From positions 250,232,001 through 250,296,000 of the forward strand of contig OZ024740.1 of NCBI GenBank assembly GCA_964016885.1: a DNA stretch of 64,000 nt. The letters are read 5' to 3'. Every line of letters starts with the position of its first letter. Position 1 is the stretch's first letter. Under the pieces are notes generated by a model. The model was not told the origin of the DNA. It saw only the letters and a program-made list of their open reading frames with translations, and ran no database searches. This document shows, one piece after another, positions 30,061-42,917 of the stretch. The stretch comes from Eledone cirrhosa. Taxonomy: Eukaryota. The translations under genes were made by a program, and so were the position numbers.

Positions 30061-30299
30061 CACCTATATATATATATATATATATATATTGTTATACTTG
30101 GGGAGGGTCATATTGTTGTAATAATATTGCCAGAAATAATAACAGAACACACTCACTGTTTGGTTGGCTTCCGCTTCTGTATCTTTTATATCTCCTTAGT
30201 TCATTTATTTGGCAATCAATGTTTATCATTGATTGACCAACGGTTAAGAGTACAGATATATAGTCTATCAAAGATATATAGTCTATATATATATAGTCT

Positions 30300-30665
30300 A
30301 TCAAAGTTCTTTCGTTGTACATCTAATAATGCTTGTTATCAGTTTCCGCATTACGGACATGTGATAGTTGATAGGCCTATAGTTGGTAACCTCATTACCC
30401 TTGATTCGGTCTTTCGTTACCAGAGTTGTGGTACCTTTTGTTAACCACTCTGGTACTTCACCCAACACCAAGCAGTCATTGAACATGGCTGTCAGTTTTC
30501 GGTGGAGAGATGTTATATTTTCTGTTCAATATCCTTGCACACCGTCTGGGTCTGGGGATTTCCAGTTGGTTAGTTTATTGGCCTGCTTTTTAAGAGTTTC
30601 AACTGTGATACTCAAATCAGGTTGTTGGTGTGCTTGTTAACTAACTTCCTTTTTAACTGTGTAAA
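30300..30665 (-). mobile_element. R4/Dong-like non-LTR RT fragment
   Basis: NWKSPDPDGVQGYW..MFNDCL..VPEWLTKGTTTLV..NYRPI. Confidence 0.75.
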
Positions 30666-30709
30666 TCTACACTGCGTGACTATTATGTTCAACATCTTGT
30701 TCCCATATT

Positions 30710-30853
30710 CTTCTCCAAACTGCCTTCCCCTTTTTTGGATCTTTTCTCAGCAGCGTCACTACTCCTCGGCTCACAGAGCTGGGAAGTCTCCCGTTCTGCT
30801 GTCTGTTGCAGTAGACGTCTGCCAAGAGGTCGCCGAACAAGTCATGGCATGTA
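30710..30853 (-). mobile_element. Tx1 ORF2 internal fragment
   Basis: DLFGDLLADVYCNRQQNGRLPSSVSRGVVTLLRKDPKKG. Confidence 0.85.
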
Positions 30854-30854
30854 A

Positions 30855-30970
30855 TAATAATGATAATAATTGTTTCTACTTTTGGCACAAGGCCAGCAAT
30901 TACCCAGTACATTACTGGTACTTTATTTTATCAACCCCATAAGGATGAAAGGCAAAGTTAACCGTGGCGC
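30855..30970 (-). mobile_element. SINE 3' half with (ATT)n tail
   Basis: family core and 3' end. Confidence 0.85.
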
Positions 30971-31241
30971 GAATAATAATAATAATAATAATGGTTCCTT
31001 TATTGGCCACAAGGGATAATATGAAGAAAAACATTACAGACGGTACAGGACGATACAGGACGATACAAAGTGGGGTTTGGCCGTGTAAAAAAGGTTATAA
31101 CAAGAAGATAGAAATATAAAAAAAATTCAAACAACAAAAAATCCCTAATGGGGGGAAACTTCCAAGGGTCACTTGTGGCGAAAACCACACAAAAGACCAC
31201 GGCCACCCTGACCGCCCTCTCTCAGTTTTCCACTCCTCAGT

Positions 31242-34093
31242 CTACAGGCGCATACTCAGAGCGGGCCCGTTCACGCGGACCAGACTCGCCACTCTCACCC
31301 ACCTTTCAACAAACTTACTAGAAGACAGCACTTGCCTCTCCACCCTGATTTTCCTCTTCAAGTGAAATTTTAAAAAGTTAATCAGGCATTTTCCAAAGAG
31401 GAAAGTATCCGTCTTCAATCCTTTCAACCTTGAGCACCATACAATCTCTTTCGCCATGGCCACCAGGCAGATGAAAACTGCCTGCCCTTCCTCCTCCTTA
31501 AAGGAGGACGGCGGGGCTATTTGCACAATGGACTCAGTTGATAACCGGATCCATCCTACATGTGACAGCAAATGTTCGACATAGCTCCATAAGTCAGCAA
31601 TGCTCGGACACTGAACGAGTGCGTGCACAATGGTTTCGTCACGCTGTGCGCATCTCGGACAAGTTAGACTCACGGCACTTCTGTGCCTGTAGAGCTTATC
31701 TCGAACCGGCAACACTCCCCGGTAGCACTGCCAGGCCAGGGATTTCTGGAAGTTGTACATAGGCCCCGGGCTGAAAGTTCTCTTGAAGAGAGCAAACAGC
31801 TGATCGTCTCTGATGCCCAGGGTCTCCCCGAGAACGTTGTCATTCTTCCCTTCCACTAGCCCTCTATAGAACACCAAGGTGGATGTTCCACCGATACTAG
31901 TGTCCAGCTGGTAGAACGCTGTGAGCGCTTGGAGACATTCCAGCTTCCAAGCACTATCACTGTGTCTTTTCCTGATCCAGGACTGCAGCTCCGTTAATGA
32001 GACGAGCTGGGGAAAAGCGTGTCTGGCAAACGGTAACCATAACTGTTCACCGTCAAGGAAGCACCAGAGATATCGCAGCCATAGCACGTGTTTGCGCATC
32101 ATCAGCCATGGCATGCCCTCCACCCAACAGGTGTTGACAGCAGATGGATCATCTGACCATGGGAGCATATCCCTTCCATAAAAAGCGGAAGAGGAGGCGC
32201 TCCATTTTTGTCAGGGTTGGGCCGGGGCAAGGCACAATGGTTAGGCGGTAGCAGATGATGGATGCGATGAACATATTCGCCACCTATATCCAAACTTTCA
32301 GAGACATCTTCCTCTCGGCCCATTTCTGGGTGAGAGAGGCGACCTTGTTCGTCACCCCGCTCCAGTTTTTCTCCATCTGGAGGTACGTACCGAACTAGAC
32401 CCGAGCAATTTAACCGGTCCTTCCGTCCAGCACCCCACAACGCTGTCGGGCGGCATGAACTTGCCTCTCCAGGTGCCGAGTTGCAAGTCCACCGGCTTTT
32501 CCTGGTTTATCTTTGCTCCTGTCACCATGGTGACGTCATCGGCATAAGCCAATATGGATCTCCCACATCCCAGTTCGCGTCGGACGTCTCTCATCACCTC
32601 CAATTTGTGCAGTAACAGCTCTAGGACCAATACGTACAAGAGCAACGAGAGGGGACAACCCTGGCGGACCAAGCGCATGATGCCGAACGGCTGTGACAAA
32701 TGACCGTTCACATTCACAACTGAGCAGATGTTGCTGTGCATCACAGCGATCCAACCCCTGAAAATGGACGCGAAACCAGCCGCCTCGAGGACCCTGGCCA
32801 GGTACCGATGGTCGACCCTATCAAATGCCTTAGATTGATCTAAGTTGATCAGGGCCCCACCAGTGCCAGCTTCCTTAACCACCCTCTCTATGATGTATCA
32901 CAAGAGGTGGAGGTTGTCGTGGATGGATCTGTCTGGAATGGCGCATGTCTGCGTATTTCACCTGCTGTTATTGGCTTTTTGCAATACTGCACTGCGGCAG
33001 TCCTTCGAGTTATGCACTAAAGTTCATACTCCGATCCGGCCCGCCGCCGCTCCCAAACAGTTGAGCAAAATGTTGCTGAAAAGCCTCACACATCTGCTCG
33101 GGTTTGAGTAACATGTGCCCGTTTGGGTCAGGCAAGGATTGAATTGTTGCTACGTTGCGCCTCATTCACCCAGACCCATTGGACAGCATTCGTCCCGTCA
33201 TATCTCAGAGCACGCGATCTAGCTCTGACAATGCAAGCCTTCGTGCTTTGCATTGAAGAATTGGTTGAGTGCCAATCTTGCCGCAAGCACGTCGGTTGCG
33301 ATGCCTGTCCTAAACACCTCTTCTAGCTTTCTAACTAGCTCTCCTTCTACTCTATTTTCCTCTATCTTTACTCTTTTGCTAAAACTTATTGATTCTACTC
33401 TAATTTTCAGGGTAAACCGCCACCTGTTGATGATCGCACCTGTCAACGCACGCTTAACTAATTCGCTAATCTGGTCTCTGTAAGCTTTGCGCGCCGGGAA
33501 CGACGCATACAGCTTCCAGTAAGCGGGCCCTTGCCTATGGAGTCTATCTAAGTCAACTTTACAGATCACAAATATGTGATCCGTGTAGTCGACTACTTTA
33601 AATTGTGGACAACCTATACTAGCATTATCTGTTTCCCTACAGAACACCCTATCTAAATATGATCTGGCTGACCCGATACGGTTTACCAATGTCCACATTG
33701 GCACATTCGGATAATCCAGTCTATACTGAAATCTGGCCGTCCTGCCCCTGTTGGAGCTTAGACGGCTACTAGTCTGTAAGCATTGCCTTTGCTGCCGGTC
33801 ACAACCAGTTCCACTGACTTACCTTCTGGGTCCAGGAAGATGGCCCGTATGGCGAGATCCAAGCCTCTACGAAAAAGCACAGCAACTCTGCCCCCTGCTC
33901 CCGGACAGCTTGGAGATGCGTATACATTGTAGCCGCCGAAGATCGATGTGAAGTCTCGTGCTTTGGAGATTATGGTCTCACTGATGGCCACCACATCTAT
34001 GTTTAGTGACCTGAGATCGTTAAGCAGGTGGCCCTGCTTCCAAGATGACCCCTGGCCACGTACATTTATACTGCCTATTCTAAGTAAGGCCAT
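31242..34093 (-). pseudogene. Tx1 ORF2 (APE, RT, zf-RVT) with frameshifts and deletions
   Basis: ORFs 33758-34132, 33219-33704, 32352-32882, 31242-32168. Confidence 0.88.
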
Positions 34094-34224
34094 GTTGGGT
34101 GAGGAATGGAATAAGTGAGAAAGGATCACCAACCCTGATCATGTGGGAAAGGGACAGCCGAACCGTCCCTTTAGCTGGTCATGGGTATCTCCAAGATGAT
34201 GTCGGTGTATATCCTTTTGGTAAC

Positions 34225-36023
34225 CTACCCCCTGAAGTCTCCAACTGCGTTGGGGAATTTTTCTTTTAGATGTTTATAATGTTCAATTTTAATTTCAATA
34301 ATGTTTATATTTTTCGCGAAAGTTCTTGGTGTTGGTGGGGTGTAGTAATTTTTGTCCGTAATGTCTGTGTGCTGCTTTATATGTTCTAAGAGTTCTTTAT
34401 TTGCCATGTTTATGGCTGTGTAATGTTTTTGGTGGGGTTTGGTTTTGTTGTTGTTTTCTTGTTGCTGCTGTTGGGTATGTTTGTTTTGTTGTGTTTGCAA
34501 TGTTGATGTTCGTGGTGATGCTGGTGGTGGTGGTGTGGTGGTTGGTGGTGGTGATGGTGGTGGCGTTGCTGCGAGTCGCCTTGCAGCCTTTACCCCTCCT
34601 TGTTTGCCTTCGCTTTTGGAGGGTGAAGCTAAGGGTTTTTTTTTGTTTTTTGTTTTTTGTGGCAGACCATTTGCCACTTCACTCAGACTCCATGTCGGAT
34701 TCCGTGGCGTCTGGGAGGGGCATGTGCTCCACGGCTGTTGGTGGTGGTAGTGGAGCCCTCTTTGGCAATGTTGTTGCTGGTGTAGCTACTGCAAATGTAG
34801 CTATTGGTGTTGCCGCCACTGCTGCTGCTGTTTTAGTTGTCCGTGGCCTTGGTACGGGTGCCACGGACGTTGGTCTCCTACTCACTGTGGAAGGGTCTTC
34901 TGCCTTTGTTGCCTGCCCTGATCTTGGTAGCAGCAGACCAGGCATTGGAAGGAGGAGGCCTTCCTCTTCGCTGTCTTCTGCTGGCAAAAGACCCTGAGGT
35001 GACCCTTTGACCCACAGAGATAACATTTTGTGCGCCTTCCTTCCACGCTGATAGGGAGTTGGAGTCCTTCCTCGTAGTCTATGATATCACTCGATACACT
35101 TCTGGTCAGTTTGCATTAGCATTTGCATGCCTATACCTGACCAGTTCTCTCTCCCTATTTTCTATACGTGCAGCATGGTCGTCCTGTCTTCGATTCCAGC
35201 AAGGACAGATGCATCCAGCCACGTCGGGTGGGACCTGGGTCACTTTGACCCTCACAATTTTCTGCCCACAGTAGGAGGGCACCAAAACTATCTCTTCACT
35301 CTTTAGGGTTACCAAAGAGTGAGACTTCGCCTCCTGGGGGGTCGCATATTTTTTTCCTCGGGCGATGTGGGTTTTGCGCACCCAGACGCATCCCAAGGTC
35401 TTTTGGATTTGAGCCTCCATCGCTCTCTCCACCCGATGTGATATTTTGCTTACGGTGTGTTAAGTCACCGTCCGTAACTTCTGGTCCTTGAAAAAATCGG
35501 GTGCAGGTGTCAGGGAGACTCTATTGGCATTTCTTGTCACCATGGCCTTTGCGACTGCCATCTCCTCTTCTGTGACTAGCACTGTTTCGATATTTCGGGC
35601 GACACCTGCAAAAGAAGTGGCCCTTTTTTCAGCGGCACCACTATTGTTGCCGCTAGTGCTGCTACTGGTCTTGTTGTTGGTGCTGAGATCGCCGTTACTG
35701 GTATTGATGTCATTGTTGTTGTTTTCGTTGGTACTGTTGTTACTGTTATTGTGGCTGTTGTTATTGTCATTGTTATTGTCGTTCTCGACCTTACCACTGT
35801 TATTTTTGTTATTGTCGTTCTCGACTTTACCGCTGTTATTTTTGTTGTTGCTGTTGTTATTGATGGTGTTGTTGTTGGTGTTATTGTTGTTTGTGTTAGA
35901 AATATTTGGTAATTTTAAATCTGTAACAATATCATTAAAAATGATATTGTTTCTCTTTTCCTTCGTAACATTTTCTTTTATATTCACCTTCGCTAGAACA
36001 CTGTCTTGTTGATATGTTGACAA
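34225..36023 (-). pseudogene. Tx1 ORF1 (Asn-rich N-terminus, zinc knuckle, Pro/Thr-rich tail)
   Basis: collinear ORFs 35460-36023, 35106-35432, 34679-35026, 34225-34677 upstream of ORF2; SFAGVAR motif. Confidence 0.75.
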
Positions 36024-36224
36024 AGCCTCCCTCTCTCTGTATTGTCTGACATCGCTCTCTCTCTCTCTTTCTTGTGTTATCCATGTTTGAACGAAATTTT
36101 TTTTTCTTTACATAATACGACACCCCATAAAGGGGTGCCGTATTATTTACGAGTGGACCCCTGTATTAGGTGGGTCACTTCTTCTAAACTTTTATCAAGT
36201 TTAAAACTTGAATAAAAGGTTAAG

Positions 36225-36392
36225 AAGCCGACAATTATCCCAGTCCATCCATTATTGGTAATTTATTTTATCGACCTCGTAAGGATGAAAGGCAAAGTTA
36301 ACTACGGCGGGATTTGAACTCAGACCATAAAGGGCCATAACTCTTTGCTGCAAAGCATGGCGTCCGATCCTCTACCGATACTGCCAATCCAT
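36225..36392 (-). mobile_element. SINE lacking its last ~20 nt, abutting the Tx1 5' end
   Basis: family A/B boxes and core. Confidence 0.85.
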
Positions 36393-36395
36393 TCA

Positions 36396-36576
36396 ATAAT
36401 AATAATAATGGTTTCTACTTTTGGCATAAGGCACAAAGCCAGCAATTATCCCAGTGTATTACTGGTGCTTTCCTTACAGAGTCGATAAAATAAAGCACCA
36501 GTAATAGAGTGGGATAATTGCTGGCCTTGTGCCAAAACTAGAAACAATTATTATTATTATTATCATTATTATTATT
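36396..36576. mobile_element. Two SINE 3' ends in inverted orientation
   Basis: 36396-36470 minus and 36468-36576 plus, each ending gtagaaac(c/a)attattatt. Confidence 0.8.
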
Positions 36577-38487
36577 ACATGCCAAGACTTGTTTGGTGAC
36601 CTCTTGGCGGACGTCTACTGCAACTGACAGCGGAACGGGAGACTTCCCAGCTCTGTGAGCCGAGGAGCTGCTGAGAAAGGACCCGAAGAAGGGGGACAAG
36701 ATAGATAATTTCAGGCCCATAACTCTGCTAAATGCAGAGTTTAAAATTTTGGCCAAAATGCTAGCAAAGAAGTTGGTGCTTGTCGTCGATGGTCTGGTGG
36801 GAGAGGCACAAACATACACCATTCCAGACAGATCCATCCACGACAACTTTCACCTCATGTGATACATTGTGGAGAGTGTAGCTAGGGAATCTGGCACAGG
36901 TGGGGCCTTTATCAATTTAGATTATGCGAAAGCTTTGGTGGCCGCTTTGGGCTCGTCTTCAGAGGCTGGATCACTGCCATGCACAGCGGCATCTGCTCTG
37001 TGGTGAGAGTGAATGGTCACCTCTCGGAACCGTTCAACGCCATGCGTTTGATCCACCAAGGATGCCCCCTCTCGTCCCTGTTGTATTTATTGGTTCTCGA
37101 GCCATTACTGCAAAAACTGGAGATGTTGAGGGGATGCAGCATATGCCGATAACGTCACCGTAGTAATGGCAAGCGCCAAACACATCAATGCGATTGGCAC
37201 TTCTCTAAGTGAATACGAGGTGGAGACAGGAGCAATGATCAACCAGGAAAAGTCAGTGGGCTTGTGGCTGGGACCTGGTGAGGCAGGTCCATGCTGTGCA
37301 ACGATATCGTCGGGCACTGGACGGACAGACCGGTTAAATTGCTAGGGGTCTAGTTCGGTCTGGACCGCCAGATGGATAAAAACTGTGATGAAGGGGCGAG
37401 CAGGGTGGCCTCTCTCACCCAGAAATGGGCTGAGAGGAAGCTATCCCTGGTAGGTCAAGCAGAGGTGGTGAACACATACATCACGTCCATCATCTACTAC
37501 TGCCTGACCATCGTATCTTGTCCCAAACCCAGTCTGACTGCACTTGAGCGTTTGCTCTTCTGATTCTTGTGGAAAGGACGCGTTTCGATGCTCAGGCGGT
37601 TCATCTGCTGTCAACAGCCCCTGCGTTGAGGACTGGGAATGCCGTGGCTAATGATGTGCAGACGCTGAGGCTACAACATCTCTGTCTCTTCCTTAACGGT
37701 GAACAGGTGTTCACCAGATGCATGTCCCCACCAGCTCATATCCTTAACGGAGCTAGGGGAACGTGCATCTGGTTAATGGCGACCAAACCTGTTCACCGTT
37801 AAGGAAGAGATAGTCCTGAGTCAAGCGGAGACCAAGGGAGAGCGCTTGGAAATTGGAATGTCTCCAGGCACTTACAGCCCTTCAACAATTGGGCAATATG
37901 ATTGGTGGAAACACTACCTTGGCTTCCTATAGAGGGTTAGTGGCAGATAAAAGCGACAACGTTTTTAGGGAAACTCTAGATATCAACGAAAATCAACTAG
38001 CCACTCTTTTCGGAAGGACTTTTGGTTCAGAGCCCATGGAAAATTTCCGGACATCCCTGGCATTGCAGTGCTACCGAGAAGCTTTGCGAGTTTAAGATAA
38101 ACTCTACAGACATGGAAGAGCTGTCAGCCGGGCCTGTCCGAGATGCACGCAGGATGATGGAACCATCCTGTATGCAATCACCCAGTGTCCGAGCATTGCT
38201 GATCAGAGCATCCGTGGTTTTATGGGGGGTTTTTTCCATGAATGAATCTTGAATGTCTCTTCCCTATTGAGGAAGCTTCTTTGTTTTAATTATTTTTTAT
38301 TATCTTTTTTTTTAACATTATTAAAATTTCTTTACACGCAAAACCCACACACAAACGCACACATACACATACACACACATACACATACACACACTTTGTT
38401 TTCGTCCTGTAATGTCATAATGTTTTTTCTTGATGTGGACCCTTTGTGGTTAATAAAGAAATTATTATTATTATTATTATTATTATT
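36577..38487 (+). mobile_element. Tx1 LINE, 5'-truncated, degraded, (ATT)n tail
   Basis: homologous to 39044-41297; ends ccctttgtggttaataaagaaattattatt. Confidence 0.9.
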
Positions 38488-41055
38488 AGAGAGATTAGAG
38501 TAACTTCGATAGAGTTCAGCAAAGAACTAGCGTTAGAGAAAAATAGAAAGGAGGGGGAGCTGGTAGATAAGTTAGACGAGGCTATTTGCAGTGGCATCGC
38601 AACTGACGTGCTAGCGGCGAGAATGGCATTAGACTATTTCTTCAATGCCAAACACGAAGGTTGCATTGTCAGAGCTAAGGCGCGTGCGCTGAGAAACGAG
38701 GGAACTAAAGCTGTTCGATGGGCCCGCGCGGCGGAGGCGCAGCGTGGTAATAAAACCACAATTCAGTCTTTGGCGGACCGAGACGGACACGAGATAAGCG
38801 ATTCCAAGCGGATGTGTGAGGCCTTTCGCCAGCACTTTGCTCGGTTGTTCAGGGAGAGTGGCGAGTCAGAGAGAGTAGCGGATTTCAGTCCCTACCTTGA
38901 CGGCTTCCCGCGCATCTCGACGGTCGACGCTGAGCGCTGCGAAAGGCCGATTACTTCAGCCGAAATTCAGGACGCTCTTGTCGGCTGCATGAGGCGCAAG
39001 TCACCCGGTTTGGATGGCCTGCCCTACGAGCTTTACGTAAATATGCCAGACTTGTTCTCCGAACTCCTCGAAGCACTCTACTGTAACTGGCAGCAGAATG
39101 GGAGTATTCCCAGTTCTGTGAGCAGGGGAGTGGTGACGCTGATAAGGAAAGACGAGAACAAGAGGGATACATTAGACAACTTCAGGCCCATAACTCTGCT
39201 CAACACAGAGTTTAAGATTTTGGCCAAGGTGTTAGCAAAGAGATTGGCGCTTGTCGTCGAGGATTTGGTTGGGGAGGCGCAAACTTGCGCAATCCCAGCC
39301 AGGTCCATACACGACAATCTCCACCTCATGCGATACATCATAGAGAGGGTAGGGTGTAAACCTGGCTTCGGTGGGGCACTGATCAATTTAGATCAATCGA
39401 AAGCATTCGATAGGGTCGACCATCGGTACCTGGAGTTTGTCCTCAAAGCAGCTGGCTTCGGCCCTGTCTTTAGAAGCTGGATCGTTGCAATGCACAGCGG
39501 CACACGCTCGGTGGTCAAGGTTAATGGCCACCTCTCGGAACCATTTCGGCTCTCCCGATCGGTCTGTCAAGCGTCCCCTCTCTCTTCCCTTCTGTACGTA
39601 TTGACTCTCGAGCCTTTACTGCGGAAGCTGGAGCTGTTGCAGGGCATCCCGCTCGAACCGGGACGTGGAAAGGCGGTGTCGGCTTATGCGGACAACATCA
39701 CCGTGATGGTGTCGAACATCTCAGAAATTGAGGTGGTCGGCACCTTATTGAAGGAATATGAAAGGTTGACAGGAGCCAAACTTAACCCGGAAAAGTCGGT
39801 GGGCTTGCAGCTCGGAACCTGGAGAGGCAAGCCCATGCCGTCCAACAGCGTCGTGGGGCGCTGGACGGACGGACTGGTAAAGTTTCTCGGGGTTTGGTTC
39901 GGACCAAACCTCCAGGTGGAAAAGAATTGGGACGAGGTAACGAGCAGAGTAGCCAGTCTCACCCAAAAATGGGCTGGGAGGAAGCTATCACTGAAAGGTC
40001 GCGCGGAGGTGGCGAATGCGTACATCGCGTCCGTCATCTACTACCGCCTGACCATCGTGCCTTTCCCCCGTCCGCGCCTCGTCAAGTTGGAACGGCTCCT
40101 CTTCAAATTCTTGTGGAGGGGACAAGTTCTGTTGGTGAGGCGGTCCATCTGCTGCCAGCACCCTCTACGCGGAGGGCTGGGCATGCCGTGGCTAATGATG
40201 CGCAGACATGCGTTGAGGCTGCGACATCACCAGATATTCTTCCTCAACGGTGAACAGGTGTGGTCGCCGTTTTTCAGACGGGCCTTTCCGCAGCTCATTT
40301 CTTTGACTGAGCTGCAGTCCTGGGTCAAAAAGAGACCGAGACTGGGTGACTGGCACCTGGAATGTTGCCAGGCACTTACTGCCCTCTACCAAGCGGGCAA
40401 TGCGATCAGTGGAACTTCCACTCTCAAGTTCTATAGAGGATTAGTGGTGGGCAAGTGCGATGACGCACTCGGAGAAGGTTTGTGCCTCGACGAAATCGAA
40501 CTGACCAGTCTGTACCGGAGGACTTTTGAGCCGGGGACGATGGACAATTTCCAGAAATCCCTCGCTTGGCAGTGCTACCGGGGGGAACTGCCGGTTCGGG
40601 ATAAACTCTACAGGCACGGAAGTGCTGTCAGACGGACCTGCCCAAGATGCGCACAGAACGACGAAACCGTTCTGTACGCACTTGTCCAATGTCCGTGCAT
40701 TACTGACTTGTGGAGTTATGTCGAACAGCTACTGTCGCGTGTGGAACGAATCCGGCTATCGGCCGAGTCCATAGTGAAGATCGATCCACCGCCTTCCTTA
40801 GATCAGGAAGAGCAGGAAATTTTCCTCTGTCTGGTGACAGTTGCGAAAGAGATTATATGGTGGACGAGGTTGAAAGGACTAAAGACAGGCACTTTTCTCT
40901 TCGGCCAATCCCTCATCAACTTCTTCAAGTTTCCCCTGGAAAGGAAGGTGAGGGTGGAGAGAGAAGTGCTGCCCCCCAGTACATTTGCTAAAAGGTGGGT
41001 GAATGTGGCCAGAATGGCTCGAGTGAATGGGCCTACTCTGACCATGCGCCTATAG
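38488..41055 (+). pseudogene. Tx1 ORF2 RT and zf-RVT; open frame but no endonuclease and YADD changed to YADN
   Basis: SPGLDGLP, NFRPITLLN, DQSKAFDRV, CQASPLS, SAYADNI, CPRC. Confidence 0.88.
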
Positions 41056-41297
41056 GCTGGCTAACTTGAGGAGAGGGGTGCTCTCCCTGGGTGCCCTAGA
41101 AGCGCAGGGTGGTTCAGGATTGGTGGGGTACCCGAATCACCCCAGGGTCGTCCACCCCCTATCGGGGAATTTATTTTGTTATATTTATGCATAGTTTATT
41201 TTATATTTTTATATTTTCATTGTCCCTGTCTTTGTATTGTCCCCTACATGTCGGCCCTTGTGGCTAATAAATGAAATCATTATTATTATTATTATTA
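38488..41297 (+). mobile_element. Tx1 LINE, 5'-truncated, young, (ATT)n tail
   Basis: uninterrupted ORF to 41055; ends cccttgtggctaataaatgaaatcattattatt. Confidence 0.93.
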
Positions 41298-41487
41298 AGG
41301 GCGGTAAATTGGCAGTATCGGTAGAGGGTCGGACATGCTTTGCAGCATAGTTACGTCCCTTTATGATCTGAGTTCAAATTCCGCCGAGGTTAACTTTGCC
41401 TTTCATCCTTACGAGGTCGATAAAATAAAGTACCAGTAATGTACTGGGTAATTGCTGGCCTTCTGCCAAAAGTAGAAGCAATTATTA
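41298..41487 (+). mobile_element. tRNA-derived SINE, full length, between two Tx1 copies
   Basis: family match flanked by ATT repeats. Confidence 0.9.
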
Positions 41488-42642
41488 GGACTGGGCATGC
41501 CATGGCTGATGATGCGCAAACATGCGCTGAGGCTGCGACATCTCTGGTGCTTCCTTGACGGTGAACAGGTGTGGTCGCCGTTCACCAGGCACGTTTTCCC
41601 ACAGCTCGTTTCCTTGACGGAGCTGCAGTCCTGGGTCAAGAAAAGACCGGGGGATAGCGCTCGGAAACTGGAATGTTTCCAGGCGCTCACTGCCCTCTGC
41701 CAGTATCAGTGGAACATCCACCTCGGCGTTCTATAGAGGACTAGTGGAGGGGAAGAGCGACGACGTTCTCGGAGAGATCCTGGGCGTCGAAGAAGAACAG
41801 CTGTTTGCTCTCTTCCGGAGAACTTTCAGCCCAGGGCTTATGGATAACTTCCAGAAATCCCTGGCCTGGCAGTGCTACCGGGGAGCGCTGCCGGTTCGAG
41901 ATAAGCTCTACAGGCACGGAAGTGCCGTCAGCCGAGCCTGTCCGAGATGCCGTGATGTCACGAAACCGTGGTACACGCACTCGTTCAGTGCCCGAGTATT
42001 CCTGACTTATGGAGCTATGTCGAACAGTTGCTGTCACGTGTAGGACTGATCGGTTATCGACTGAGTCAATTGTGCAGATGGTCTCGCCGTCTTCCTTCGA
42101 GGAGGAAGTGCAGGCGGTTTTCATCTGCCTGGTGGCCATGGCGAAAAAGATTGTGTGGTGGACAAGGTTGAAGGGGTTAAAGACAGACACTTTCCTCTTC
42201 GGCGAATCCCTAATTACCTTTTTCAAGTTTCAACTGAAGAGGAAAATCAGGGTGGAGAGGCAAGTGCTGCCTTCTAGCAAGTTTGATGAAAGGTGGGTGA
42301 ATGTAGCGAGAATGGTCCGAGTGAACGGGACCACTCTGAATATACGTCTGTAGTTTGAGAAATGTAAAAATTGAGAGAGGGTGCTTGCCCTGGTGGTCAG
42401 GGTGGCCGTGGTCTTTTGTGTGGTTTTGCCCACGAGTAACCCTCGGAGGTTTCCCCCCTATTGGGGAATTTTTCATTGTTTCAATTTTCATTTTTATTGT
42501 TTATATATATATGTTTCTATGTCTTTTTTTTCTTTTCTTATATAAATAATAAAAATATTTACACGCACAAAACCCACATCGTACCATCCTGTGCCGTCTG
42601 TAATGTTTTTCTTGATGTCAGCCCTTGTGGCCAATAAAGAAA

Positions 42643-42699
<57 letters not shown>
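41488..42699 (+). mobile_element. Tx1 LINE 3' fragment, long (ATT)n tail
   Basis: GLGMPWLMMRKHALRLR..RWVNVARMVRVNG; cccttgtggccaataaagaaatcattatt. Confidence 0.92.
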
Positions 42700-42700
<1 letters not shown>

Positions 42701-42917
42701 GCGGTGGATTGGCAGTATCAGTAGAGGGCCGGACGCCATGCTTTCCAGCATAGTTACGTCCCTTTACGATCTGAGTTCAAATCCCGCCGAGGTTGACTTT
42801 GCCTTTCATCCTTACGGGATCGATAAAATAAAGTACCAGAAATGCACTGGGTAATTGCTGGCCTTGTGCCTAAAGTAGAAACAATTATTATTATTATTAC
42901 TATTATTACTATTATTA

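Larger units (their letters stand above)
30972..36222 (-). mobile_element. Near full-length L1/Tx1-clade LINE, degraded, (ATT)n tail
   Basis: ORF1 pieces 34225-36023 with KCYLCG..H knuckle near 35000-35030; ORF2 from ATG 34093 (MALLRIGSINVRG), DQSKAFDRV, RQGCPLS, YADD, CPRC..H..C; 3' end cccttgtggccaataaaggaaccattattatt. Confidence 0.92.

Noticed and set aside
34401-36012. Hydrophobic plus-strand ORFs resembling membrane proteins
   Set aside because: Antisense shadows of Asn/Thr/Pro-rich Tx1 ORF1
38446-41055. 869-aa ORF as a functional or domesticated gene
   Set aside because: The start is a GTG in the previous element's tail read through (ATT)n; the endonuclease is absent; YADD is YADN and QGCPLS is QASPLS, so it is a young dead copy
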